Shown here: positions 1 through 10,814 of the stretch, piece by piece | Numbering within the stretch: the first letter of the stretch is position 1 | Layout of the letters: each line of letters opens with the position of its first letter | DNA from: Squalus acanthias | Taxonomy: Eukaryota | Assembly (NCBI GenBank): GCA_030390025.1 | Contig: CM059433.1 | Location: forward strand, 6,636,001 to 6,700,000 | Length of the DNA: 64,000 nucleotides | Direction: 5' to 3' | Position numbers and translations under genes: made by a program | Notes under the pieces: model-generated | Seen by the model: the letters and a program-made list of their open reading frames with translations, nothing else | Databases searched by the model: none | What the model was told of the DNA's origin: nothing

Positions 1-304
1 TGGGATATCCTGAGGTTGTGAAAGGCGCTATATAAATGCAAGATCTTTCTTTCTTTAGCCCAGTATAACCAAAGGCCAATGACCTCCCTAGGCGAAATCA
101 GTTAATGTAGGATAGACCAAGGAATTAAACCTGGGACATTCTGGGTTGTATGGCTAGTTCTACACAGGCTCTGCCTTTACCCATAAGATACAGATGTTAG
201 TGAGCCTGCGATGAAAGTTAGATTGGTGCAGCAGGATTGTATTGAGCAGTCATATGCCTCCTTGCAGACAAGAGTGGAACGCAGTCTGGGTATTGTGGAG
301 CAGT

Positions 305-690
305 CAAACATTCACTCCCTCCACCACCAGCGTACCGTGGCTGCAGTGTGCACCATCTACAAGATGCACTGCAGTAACTCACCAAGGCTTCTTCGACCTC
401 TTCCACCTAGAAGGACAAGGGCAGCAGGCGCATGGGAACACCACCACCTCCAAGTTCCCCTCCAAGTCACACACCATCCTGACTTAGAAGTATATCAGCC
501 GATCCTTCATCGTCGCTGGGTCAAAATCCTGGGACTCCCTACCTAACAGCACTGTGGGAGTACCTTCACCACACGGACTGCAGCGGTTCAAGAAGACGGC
601 TTACCACCAGCTTCTCAAGGGCAATTAGGGATGGGCAATAAATGCTGGCCTTGCCAGCGACGCCCACATCCCATAAATGAATTTTTAAAG
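305..690 (+). mobile_element. LINE 3' fragment, CR1-group 'IHSLHH..CTIYKMHC' family (other copies about 16100-16505 -, 24955-25240 +, 28440-28860 +)
   Basis: Same peptide and 3' UTR as the longer copy at 36845-37577. Confidence 0.8.
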
Positions 691-884
691 AACACCCAGA
701 TATGTGATGTCGTCTCACACAAGTAGAAGTCTGCTGCTGAGCTCATGGCAACATATTTTCGAAGGGCTCTCAATAAATCGACAGAAGTTGTACTGTGAAG
801 TGACACTCATTCCACAGTCTTCTCTCTTGCCCTTTTATTCCTGGATGCTGGAGCACCTGCTATGTGGCTTATTTTTTTTTAAAG

Positions 885-1620
885 CAACGTGGGCATTTAT
901 AAGATCATAAAAAGAACAAATGGAATCTTTGTTTTTTTTTCGAGAGGCATACAGAAGCAAGGAGATAATGTTGAACTTGTACAGGGCCTTTGTTGGGTTG
1001 CAGTTGGGAGTATTGTGTGCAGTTTGGGGCACCCTGTTATAGAAAGGATATTAAATCAGTGAAACTGGTGCAGCGTAGATTCACTGTTACCAAGGATGAG
1101 GAGAGACTTGAAAATTTAGACGTTTTCCACTAGAGTTGAGAAAGTTAAAGGATGATCTGACAGAGGTGTTCGACATTTATGAAGGGTTATGATAGATTAG
1201 CAATCACAGATTAGAAAACAATCCATTACACACAGGGTGGTTAGATTGAGAAATTCTCCAGTCTTAACTGTTGCTGAAGTGGAGTTTTTAAAGGGTATTA
1301 GCTGCATGAAAAGGAGAAATATTAATGGGTATGGGGAGTGAGTTCTTGAATCTCATCCTTGTTTTCAAATCCCTCCATGGCCTCGCACCTCCCTGTCTGC
1401 GTAACCTCCTCCAGGCCTACATCCCTCCGAGATCTCACGTGGCTTGGTGTCAAATTTTATTTGATAACGCTCCTGTGAAGCGCCTTGGACATTTTACAAC
1501 ATTAAAGGTGGTATATCAGTGCAAGTTGTTGTTGTTGTTGTAGGAGAGTGGGATTAGACTATGTGGCTCGTATGGAGAAAAACACTGGCACAGACTTGAT
1601 GGGCTGAATGGCCAGTTTCT
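885..1620 (+). mobile_element. Old CR1 3' fragment interrupted by an L2 tail (about 1350-1540)
   Basis: Degenerate CR1 RT C-terminus. L2 (TTG)n tail at about 1525-1540. Confidence 0.65.
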
Positions 1621-1627
1621 GTTGTCT

Positions 1628-1857
1628 AGGCCCTAAGCTCTGGAATTCCCTGCCTAAACCTCTCCACCTCGCTACCTCTCTCTCCTCCTTTAAGACGCTC
1701 CTTAAAACCTACCTCTTTGACCAAGCTTTTGGTCACCTGCCCTAATTTATCCTTATGTGGCTCGGTGTCCAACTTTTTTGTCTTACAATACTCCTGTGCA
1801 GCGCCTTGGGATGTTTTACTACGTTAAAGGCGCTATATAAATACAAGTTGTTGTTGT
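1628..1857 (+). mobile_element. L2-type LINE 3' end
   Basis: KLWNSLP...FKTLLKTYLF-encoding end, GGCGCTATATAAATACAAG(TTG)n tail. Confidence 0.8.
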
Positions 1858-3047
1858 CAATGTACTGTGATATAAACACCAGTGGCATCTTCACTGGCTA
1901 GTTCAGTTACACGGGTCACAGGTGCAATAGGAGCATCTCTCGTGAGTGCTCCCATTGCTGCTACAGAGTTACTGGGGTCCAAGCCCCTCGATACAGCCAT
2001 GGCCACCTTCAATTCATTTGAAGAATAAATTACAGGCAAGCATGATGGAATGATGTCGAGACTCCATCGATCCCATTGTTCTGTGTTCCTCCAGATCATT
2101 GGGCAGGCTGATAAGATGCTCTCCAGCAATGGCAAAGTGAAATAGCACAGCAGCAATTTCAGACACTCAAGTCAGTGACAAGACTGTGCTGTCACACTGC
2201 CCTGCACAAGTGACCATAGGCACTGCCCCAGAAAGCAATAAGCCCACAGGACGCACTAATACAGTGGTTCTCAAACTTTATTGGTTGGAGGACCCCTTTT
2301 CAAATGGATTAGTCATCACGGACCCCCCATCTAAATTGTAATGCTGTAAACTCCTTGCACATTTACATTTCTGAGTGTACTCTTTTGATGCACACTTAAA
2401 CAAAAAATACTGTAACTGATAAAACATTAAATAAAACTTAACAACCTAAATTAAAATTTGGTTCTCGGTGGTGATAATGCACTCCAGTCCCCGCGGTGCC
2501 CACCGGTCGCGGAATGCCTCAAGCGTGCCGGCGGACACCGCATGCTCCATCTCCAGGGCTACCCGGGGAGCGAACATGGCCGCGGAAGAGCATTTCTGAG
2601 TGTAAAGTTCATCAGTGTCCTGTTAAAGGGACTTGCATGAAATTTTGCCAGGGCTGACCGATATCGTGAACATTGATGTGTTTGGTGGTGTGAAAACTTT
2701 TATCTTCCCTTCGGCTGATAGGTAACCCGACAGGTTCAGCAACATGCTCGTTGATTACTTCACCACACGACACCTCCCTGCTCTTCCTGGAGTGGGAGTA
2801 GGCTCAGTGGATCCTGTTGGCAGCACCTGGCACCGTTTCAGGTATAACCCTCACCGCCTGCCTACTCGCTGCACAGCTGCTGAGTGTTTCATAAGAACAT
2901 AAGAAATAGGAGCAGGAGTCGGCCATTCGGCCCCTCGAGCCTGCTCCGCCATTCAATGAGATCATGGCTGATCTGATCTTGGGCTCAACTCCACTTTCTC
3001 GCCCGCTCCCCGTAACCCTTGATTCCCCTGTAGCTCAAATATCTGTC

Positions 3048-3241
3048 TGTCGTAAGAATGAGCCTTACGCGTGGTGAACTTAAAGTAAGCTTTAATCAAC
3101 TAAAAAGGTGCTACATACAAAAGAGGTCTTACTCTATGCCTCTCCAGGACCCAACTGATCAGTCCAGTATTTATCCTGGACTAATCACAGGAAGTGATGC
3201 AATAAAGTTCAAGTCACAGGAAGCTGTATTGTGTTACCACA
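3048..3241 (-). repeat. 3' LTR of the intact Gypsy element
   Basis: Identical to 7295..7488 and preceded by the polypurine tract. Confidence 0.95.
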
Positions 3242-3253
3242 TTCTCCCCCCCC
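3242..3253 (-). other. Polypurine tract (PPT)
   Basis: GGGGGGGGAGAA on the - strand, immediately 5' of the 3' LTR. Confidence 0.9.
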
Positions 3254-3259
3254 AAAAGA

Positions 3260-6200
3260 TTAGGAGGCCGGGATGCTCCCTCCATTTCGTAGCCACTGGA
3301 CGAGGGAGAGCCGCACCCGTTTGGGTTCTCGTAGCGGTAGAGGGCCCCTAGCCCGTTTACCCGCCGCGGGCCGTGGACCAGAGTCCGAGTGATCCAGCCC
3401 GCTCTGTGAGGGGTCAGGACGATCCTGACTGTGTACTGGTGCCCGAACGGGTGTCGGGCAGGGCTGTGGCAGATCCGTTTCCGAGCGTACGGTACGGGGT
3501 GGATCGTGGCTGCGCGTGCGAGCCCCGACGGGCTCATAGTCAGTCTGCCCCAGGTCGGCACGCTGGAGTGAGGTACCAGCCGGCGTCAGATCCAGATCGT
3601 GATGAAAGGCACCTGGCGAGCCCAGAGATGTGCCTGGTACAATATCATCCCCTGGTGTCCCTCTATGTTTCGGCGGGCAGGGAGCCAGATCCCGCAATGA
3701 CACGGTAGATTCCCGACCGTCAGGATACCGAATATAGGCGTAGGTAGGGTTGACGTCAGTGAGCTCAACTTCATCTACCAGAGGGTCATTCTTAGACGCC
3801 CGGACATATCTTCGGAGTAGCACTGGTCCCGGTGTAGTCAGCCACGACGGGAGAGATATCCCATAGGATGAGCGACGCTGAAATCGGAAGAACCGTTCAT
3901 GAGGCGTCATATTTGTGGCGGTCGAAAGGAGGGACCGTGTGGAGTGTAATGCGTCTGGAAGTACTGCTTCCCATTGCTGGTTGGGTAGACCCCGAGATCT
4001 CAAAGCCAGACGTACCGCATTCCAGATGATAGCGTTAAAACGCTCAACTTGCCCATTCCCGACCGGATGATAAGGCGTCGTTCTGCTGGCAGCAATACCC
4101 CGTTCCGAGAGATAGGCCTTGAGTTCTCCTGACATAAAAGAAGGGCCCCGATCCGAATGAACATAGGATGCCATGCCACAGAAAGCAAAAACCTGCTCAA
4201 GGCAGCTGATAACCGTGGTCGTCAGCATATTGGGGCAGGGAAAGGCAAACGGAAAACGGGAATACTCATCGACCATGGTCAACAGATAAGTGTTGCGAGT
4301 TGAAGAGGGCAACGGCCCCTTAAAATCGATGCTAAGCCGTTGCATTGGCTGGGTCGCATGTATGAGTATACCACCCGAGGGGCGGAAAAACTGAGGTTTC
4401 AATTCCGCACAGACTCTGCAGTCCGAGCACATCTTCTTTACATCCCCGGTAGAGAATGGGAGATTTCGGGACCGCACGAAGTGTAGCATGCGAGTAACGC
4501 CCGGATGACACAACCCATCATGGATGTCTACGAGCGTAGAGGGTGCCATGGCGGAGCAGAATGCTCGTGTGAGGGTATCCGGAGCCACATTCTCCTTGCC
4601 AGGTCGATAGTGGATGGTGTAACCAAAAGAGGCCAATTCCAGCCGCCAAAGCTGGATTTTATTATTTTTAATTTTGGTCCGTTTTCGATTATCGAGCATG
4701 AAGGCGACCGATCGCTGGTCCGTGATTAAGGTAAAGTGCTGGCGAGCTAGGAGATGACTCCACTTCCGTACTGCCTCTATGATGGCTGTAGCTTCTTTCT
4801 CGACTGGAGGATAATGTAGCTCAGCCCCTTGAAAAGTCCTGGACAAAAATGCCACCGGACGACCTTCCTGATTCAGAGTGGCCGAGATCGCCACCTCCGA
4901 GGCATCACACTCCACAACAAAAGGAAGACTCTCATCGATGGAGTGAAGAGCCGCTTTCTCCAACTGTTTTTTCAGGAGGTTAAAGGCTGCAACAGCCGCT
5001 GTGTCTAGTGGGAATGTGCTGGCCTTCAGTAGAGGTTGGATTCGGTCCGAGAAGTTAGGAATCCATTTAGCATAGTATGCAAACAGGCCGAGGGCCCGGC
5101 GCAAGGAGGCCGGATTCTTAGGTGGCGGGAGTTCTTGGAGCGGGCGAAGCCTTTCAGGGTCAGGTTTAATGATGCCATTGCCCACACAATAGCCAAGGCT
5201 GTTGATGGTTGGTTGTGACTCAATGGATTTAGCCGCATTTAATGTCAAATTACAGTGCTGGAGTGCATCCCAAAATCGTTGGAGATTGGCGTCATGTTCC
5301 CGCTGATTGCGACCTGCGACAGTAATATTGTCCAGATAAGGAAACGTATCCTTCAAGTCTTCCTGTTTGACCAGGTCATCCATTGCTCGCTGGAAGACAG
5401 CCACTCCATTAGTGACCCCAAAGGGGAGGCGACGAAATTGATACAGCCGTCCATTGGCTTCAAAGGCCGTATACTGCTTGTCTGAGACCTTCAAGGGTAC
5501 CTGATGATAGGCACTTTTCAGATCATATGTTGAGAACACCGTGTACTCAGCCAGTTTATTAACCATATCATCGATGCGCGGCAATGGGTATGCGTCCAAG
5601 TCCGTATATTGATTGATGGTCTGTGAATAGTCAATGCACAGCCGTTTCTTGTGAGGTTGTAGAGGGTTCTTAACAATAACGACCTGGGCGCGCCATGGCG
5701 ACGAACAAGGCTCGATGATATCCTCTGCTAAAAGCCGAGAAATCTCAGCCGCAATAAAAGACTGGTCTTCCTGACTGAAACGTCGTGACTTTGTTATAAT
5801 CGGTTTGCATCGAGGAGGGATACTGGTAAACAGTGAGGGTTCATCCAGTGAAGCTGCTGACAATGCACAGAACGATAATCGAGGTCGTATATTAGAAATA
5901 GTGAGTTCAGGTTTGGATCCGCCGAACTCAATGGTGAGCTTTTTATGCTGCTTTTGAAAATCCAGCCCTAAGATAAGATCACTACATAAGTCCTTGAGCA
6001 CCGAAAGCCGGGTGGAGGGATACCTGTGACCATTAAGTGTTATTTCAACCATACAAAAGCCAGAAATTCTGGTATTAAGTGATGACTGAGCCATCGCAAC
6101 TGCCTGGTCCGATGGGAAAACATGTAGCTTTAACTCTGCAACAATCTGTTCCCTAATGAAACTATCAGTGCTACCTGAGTCAATTAAGGCATCTAAAGTA

Positions 6201-7216
6201 TGTCCATTAATTGATGCTTTTGTAGCTGCATGGAATAGGTTCTGAGGACAAGCAGCTGTAATTGGTGTCGTTGCACAAAGAGTGGCTGAAACCCAAGGTG
6301 TGTTTCTTCGAGAGGAAACCCGAGAGGAAGCACGATAGATGTTAGCCGGAACATCTTGATAGGCCCTTACCGGGGCAGTTCGGTAGGACTTAGCTTGATA
6401 AGCCCTCGTAGAGGCTCTTGATAGGCAAACCTTTGCAAAATGACCCTTTTTGTTGCAATGACTGCAAAACGCATTGCGAGCAGGGCAGAATTTCCGAGGG
6501 TGAAACTCATCACCACAAAAGAAGCATTTCTTAGATTGCCAAGAGGCTGCCACAGTGGGGTCATCATCCTCTTCATCAGTGAAGTCATCAGATTGATCGT
6601 CAGGGATAAAGACCTCCCTAATAGAGTTCACCTGTGGCCTCTTAAATTGCCTGACTGTAGTTAAGGCAGTAGACCGAGGTCTGGGCACTGTATAAAGGTC
6701 TGCATTTCTTTTTGCCAGATCTAGAGAGCAAGCCATGTCATAAGCTCTCTGAAGCTCAAGTGTCTTACTTTCCAGTAGACGCTGGCGTATAAATGGGGAG
6801 GCAAGCCCGCAGATGAAAGCATCACGGATCATTTCTTCACGGTACAGCTCAGCTGAGGCCGCCTGAAAGTTACAGTCCATACTAAGTCTGCGAAGCTCTT
6901 GGAGGAATTTATCAATGGATTCCTCCGGCCCTTGTTGGGCTGTAGCTAGTAGATGTCTGGCATAGACCTCATTCGGTGTCTTAGTATATAGTCTCTTAAG
7001 CGTCCGAATTGCCTCCTCGTAACTGCCCCATTCCTCCACATACTGAAATACATTCGGGGTGACACAGTTGATGAGTATCCGCAACTTTGAGTCATCATCA
7101 GCCTTGCAATATTCAAGGAAATTGTCAAACGTGCGATACCAGTGTTTCCACACCTTACCGGCTGCTGGGGTGTTTGGGTCCAAGTCAAGACGCGATGGTT
7201 TAAGGATGTTTTCCAT
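3260..7216 (-). CDS. Gag-Pol polyprotein, 1318 aa (Gag-PR-RT-RNaseH-IN)
   Basis: Two CCHC knuckles (CFFCGDEFHPRKFC, CSHCNKKGHFAKVC), protease LIDSGS, RT DLKSAYHQ/PFG/YLDN, RNase H CDAS, integrase HHCC plus D(DFKGP),D(SDRG),E(QVERFN). RT-RH-IN order indicates Gypsy. Confidence 0.97.
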   Translation of the reverse strand: MENILKPSRLDLDPNTPAAGKVWKHWYRTFDNFLEYCKADDDSKLRILINCVTPNVFQYVEEWGSYEEAIRTLKRLYTKTPNEVYARHLLATAQQGPEESIDKFLQELRRLSMDCNFQAASAELYREEMIRDAFICGLASPFIRQRLLESKTLELQRAYDMACSLDLAKRNADLYTVPRPRSTALTTVRQFKRPQVNSIREVFIPDDQSDDFTDEEDDDPTVAASWQSKKCFFCGDEFHPRKFCPARNAFCSHCNKKGHFAKVCLSRASTRAYQAKSYRTAPVRAYQDVPANIYRASSRVSSRRNTPWVSATLCATTPITAACPQNLFHAATKASINGHTLDALIDSGSTDSFIREQIVAELKLHVFPSDQAVAMAQSSLNTRISGFCMVEITLNGHRYPSTRLSVLKDLCSDLILGLDFQKQHKKLTIEFGGSKPELTISNIRPRLSFCALSAASLDEPSLFTSIPPRCKPIITKSRRFSQEDQSFIAAEISRLLAEDIIEPCSSPWRAQVVIVKNPLQPHKKRLCIDYSQTINQYTDLDAYPLPRIDDMVNKLAEYTVFSTYDLKSAYHQVPLKVSDKQYTAFEANGRLYQFRRLPFGVTNGVAVFQRAMDDLVKQEDLKDTFPYLDNITVAGRNQREHDANLQRFWDALQHCNLTLNAAKSIESQPTINSLGYCVGNGIIKPDPERLRPLQELPPPKNPASLRRALGLFAYYAKWIPNFSDRIQPLLKASTFPLDTAAVAAFNLLKKQLEKAALHSIDESLPFVVECDASEVAISATLNQEGRPVAFLSRTFQGAELHYPPVEKEATAIIEAVRKWSHLLARQHFTLITDQRSVAFMLDNRKRTKIKNNKIQLWRLELASFGYTIHYRPGKENVAPDTLTRAFCSAMAPSTLVDIHDGLCHPGVTRMLHFVRSRNLPFSTGDVKKMCSDCRVCAELKPQFFRPSGGILIHATQPMQRLSIDFKGPLPSSTRNTYLLTMVDEYSRFPFAFPCPNMLTTTVISCLEQVFAFCGMASYVHSDRGPSFMSGELKAYLSERGIAASRTTPYHPVGNGQVERFNAIIWNAVRLALRSRGLPNQQWEAVLPDALHSTRSLLSTATNMTPHERFFRFQRRSSYGISLPSWLTTPGPVLLRRYVRASKNDPLVDEVELTDVNPTYAYIRYPDGRESTVSLRDLAPCPPKHRGTPGDDIVPGTSLGSPGAFHHDLDLTPAGTSLQRADLGQTDYEPVGARTRSHDPPRTVRSETDLPQPCPTPVRAPVHSQDRPDPSQSGLDHSDSGPRPAAGKRARGPLPLREPKRVRLSLVQWLRNGGSIPAS

Positions 7217-7282
7217 GATGGGTGATTCCGTGGATCCTTAGTTCCGAGTTCGTCCAAAAAGTTTGAGTGCGAAGTTTTCCAA

Positions 7283-7293
7283 AGTTGATTAAA
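7283..7293 (-). other. Non-tRNA primer-binding site, complementary to own LTR
   Basis: TTTAATCAACT lies 1 nt downstream of the 5' LTR. It is the reverse complement of AGTTGATTAAA in the LTR (7338..7348). No TGG start. Confidence 0.75.
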
Positions 7294-7294
7294 T

Positions 7295-7488
7295 TGTCGT
7301 AAGAATGAGCCTTACGCGTGGTGAACTTAAAGTAAGCTTTAATCAACTAAAAAGGTGCTACATACAAAAGAGGTCTTACTCTATGCCTCTCCAGGACCCA
7401 ACTGATCAGTCCAGTATTTATCCTGGACTAATCACAGGAAGTGATGCAATAAAGTTCAAGTCACAGGAAGCTGTATTGTGTTACCACA
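7295..7488 (-). repeat. 5' LTR of the intact Gypsy element
   Basis: Identical to 3048..3241. On the - strand it contains a TATA-like GATAAATA and an ATTAAA polyA-like signal. Confidence 0.95.
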
Positions 7489-8495
7489 CTGTCTATCTCC
7501 GCCTTGAATATATTCATTGACCCAGCCTCCACAGCTCTCTGGTAGAGAATTCCAAAGATTCACGACCCTCTGAGAGAAGAAATTCCTCCTCATCTCTGTT
7601 TTAAATGGGCGACCCTTTATTCTGAAACTATGCCCCCGAGTTCTAGATTCCCCCACGAGGGGAAACATCCTTCCTGCATCTACCCTATCAAGCCCCCTCA
7701 GAATCTTATACGTTTCAATAAGATCACCTCTCATTCTTCTGAACTCCAATGAGTACAGGCCCAACCTGCTCAACCTTTCTTCATAAGACAACCCCCTTCA
7801 TCTCAGGAATCAGGGTTCTTTACCTCCCCCTCTGCTGTTGACCGGCCTGTCTGTGCAGACCCTAGTTTGAGAACCACTGGATTATTCTTCCATTATCCAA
7901 ATACATGGGAGGGCTGCTGTCATATCCAAGTAGCAAATTACAACAATAAGAGTGTTCTGATTAGCCCTGGGCAATGCTACATAACCGGATATTGACATAT
8001 AAAATCACGTTAGTTAACTGGGCATGTGGGCTTACCTACAGGAATGATGTTTGACACTGAACTCAAGAAATCCATCTGGTGCAGCCTAAAAACTTGAACA
8101 CCCTCCTCATCGCCCTCCTTTTTCCTGACCCCTCATCCATTTATTAGTCTCCTCCCTTCTCCTTCTCTTCTCTCTCCTCCCCCTTTGCCTCTCTCCCTTT
8201 TCTTTCTCCCCTTTGCCCTCTAGTCAAAATTGGAGCTGTTTCATGTTGTGGATTCAACTTGAGAGAAAGAAATCACAACTTTCCAGTCAAGGAAGGGAAA
8301 AAGTCTCAGGAGTACAATTATTCATTTAATTCCTGCCTTCAAAGAAAATGTTAAGAATGTGAGGTAATGCTGTTAAGGAACCAAAGCAGGTAAAAAGAGT
8401 TGCGGTACAGATCAGACATGATCTAATTGAATGACAGAACAGGCTCGAGGGACTGAATGGCCTACTCCTGTTCCTATGAGGTCGTTAACATAACA

Positions 8496-9231
8496 GCCCG
8501 GATTTTGCGGTCAGTGGCGAAGTTACGGCGCTTGCCACTGACCTCGAAGAAAGCTGCCCACAAAGATCTAGCAAACTCTGTGGCGTGGATTTCACCTTTC
8601 CCGATGTTAATTTCTTCCTGGCGCCATCTATAGGGGATCTCTGGTGTCCAGCAACAGTGATGCCATCAAGAAGGCTAAGCAGCCAATCACATTGAAGAAT
8701 TCTCACAGACAGCAAACCAGGAAGTAAAAAGCACTGATTATCCTTCACTTTTTAATCATTTTACAGAGCGAAATAAAGATTGAGACATACACATGGGATT
8801 AAGGTAGAAGCTTATGAAATGTCATAAAATTAAAAAAAAAATGTTTTTATTGTTTTAAAAATCTGTAGAATTTTTATCACAATGGAGAAATTTGACATTC
8901 CACAAATATAAAATTAGTTTTTCAGGGCCAGAGAGGCTGTTCAGCAATAATTATAACGTAGTACGCCGTTAGAAACCCAGTTACACCTCATTCAACAAGA
9001 CTTAACTTTTTCAGGGGTTTTTACAGCGAGATTAGAGTGCAAAAAGTGGAAGTTCACGTCAATTCAAGTGATTTGTAAGATTTCCATCTGCGAGGACTTC
9101 AACAGCGCACCCGGCGGAGGACCGGGGAATCACTGACAGCAACTTCTCAATTTCCACATTTAACAGCGCAAGTGTGGATGCCAGAAGTTGCTGTCAGTTT
9201 CACAGAGTCATTACAACCGCAAAATCCGGGC
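8496..9231. mobile_element. Non-autonomous TIR element (PIF/Harbinger-like MITE)
   Basis: Perfect 16-bp TIR GCCCGGATTTTGCGGT. GC-rich arms and an AT-rich core. TSD unclear. Confidence 0.75.
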
Positions 9232-9244
9232 AATATATATTCGA

Positions 9245-9880
9245 CAACAACAACAACAACTTATATTTATATAGCGCCTTTAACGTAGTAAAACGTCCCA
9301 AGGCGCTGCACAGGAGTATTAAAAGACAAAAAGTTTGACACCGAGCCACATAAGGAGAAATTAGGGCAGGTGACCAAAAGCTTGGTCATAGAGATAGGTT
9401 TTAAGGAGCGTCTTAAAGGAGGAAAGAGAGGTAGCGAGGTGAAGAGGTTTAAGCAAGGAATTCCAGAGCTTAGGGCCTAGGCAACAGAAGGCACGGCCAC
9501 CGATGGTTGAGCGATTATAATCAGGGAAGCTCAGGAGGGCAGAATTAGAGGAGCGCAGATAGCTCAGGGGGTTGTGGGGCTGAAGGAGATTACAGAGATA
9601 GGGAGGGGCGAGGGCCATGGAGGGATTTGAAAACAGGAATGAGAATTTTGAAATCGAGGCGCTGCTTAACCGGGAGCCAATGTAGGTCAGCGAGCACAGG
9701 GGGGTGATGGGCGAACGGGACTTGGTGCGAGTTAGGACACGGGGCAGCTGAGTTTTGGATGACCTCAAGTTTACGTAGGGTAGAATGTGGGAGGCCAGCC
9801 AGGAGTGCATTGGAATAGTCAAGTCTAGAGGTAACAAAGGCATGGATGAGGGTTTCAGCAGCGGATGAGCTGGGGCAACA
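9245..9880 (-). mobile_element. L2-type LINE 3' fragment
   Basis: L2 ORF2 C-terminus (APPYL...GGRAF...KLWNSL..FKTLLKTYL) and (CAA)n tail on +. Confidence 0.9.
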
Positions 9881-10814
9881 GATAGAAGATGGTGGAAGTT
9901 GCAGATATCAGAACTTGCTGAGTTTAAAGTTTTCCTTTGTTTAAAAAAATTATACAAATTTTAATGCAACCAAGGTAGATCATAGATCATTTTACAAAAT
10001 TTCACTTTGACATTAAGCAAAAATTCCGTGCAACATTCACTGACAACATCAAGCCACTGCTGCTGGAGCTTCTTGTGCTTCCCTCAGTCCTTCTTACAAA
10101 TTCAAAGCACCTGTACAAATCTCCGCAGGGACAATCTGAAGGGGAAGAAAAAAAAAATCGTTCTGCAAATAGTCCTGCAGAGATGCAAACGCTTTGAACG
10201 TCGACTCCATGGTATTTTAATTAATCTAGTCCAGTCAAAGACTCATTACTATTCTTTACAGACACAAAAGTAAGTTACCATCCTGCCGTCAGGAGTGTTT
10301 ATTAGTGGGTGGCTATTGTTGGTATGTGGCACAGCATGATGGATTGCCCTAGTGGTAAATCACATCCTCCATTGTATCGTTGCCAGGCCTTACACACAGG
10401 CGGGTGTGCCAAACTGGAGGAATTGTGGGCAGGATCAAAGGATAATTTAAAAGCAGCCAAATCGTTCCTCCTATGAAATTAATTAAAACATATTTTTCGA
10501 AAAGTGTGGTGTTCAGCTCAGGCACTTCTATTTTGCAGCTCCACAGCCCCTAAGCCATGCAGATGTGCTTTTTGAGAATTGAGTAGCTGGAGAATACACG
10601 AAGGAGAATTACGGTTATGCACAGTTTATTCCAGTGTAATAGCCTTCCTCATATGTGGGGAATAATTTATTCCTCATTTCCCCATTTTTACTTTGTTTAT
10701 ATAGGGCCCAAAGAATATCTAATTCCTGGAGACTCCAGGATAATTCTAGAGTATTGGGAATCCTCAATGCACTGCCATTGTCAGCATCTTTGGAAATGAC
10801 TGACTGGCGAGCTG

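Larger units (their letters stand above)
3048..7488 (-). mobile_element. Full-length young Gypsy (Metaviridae) LTR retrotransposon
   Basis: Identical 194-bp LTRs (3048..3241, 7295..7488) with TG...CA ends. 5-bp TSD CTGTC (3043-3047/7489-7493). Polypurine tract abuts the 3' LTR. Single intact gag-pol ORF. Removing it restores a CR1 3' region. Confidence 0.97.
2890..7812 (-). mobile_element. CR1-type LINE 3' fragment split by the Gypsy insertion (2890..3047 + 7494..7812)
   Basis: YEERLSRLGLYSLEFRRMRGDLIETYK...RNFFSQRVVNLWNSLP peptide and CATAAGAA tail repeat. Confidence 0.9.
2262..7879. mobile_element. hAT/Charlie-like non-autonomous DNA transposon, interrupted by CR1 and Gypsy
   Basis: 16-bp TIRs CAGTGGTTCTCAAACT (2262) and AGTTTGAGAACCACTG (ends 7879). 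No 8-bp TSD recognisable. Confidence 0.6.

Noticed and set aside
1857..2156. 99-aa minus-strand ORF in non-repeat sequence
   Set aside because: No recognisable motif or convincing splice signals.
3058..3351. Plus-strand ORFs starting in both LTRs
   Set aside because: Antisense LTR reading with no recognisable domain.
10088..10269. Possible exon ending in a GTAAGT donor
   Set aside because: Acceptor and frame are ambiguous, and it could not be joined to other exons.
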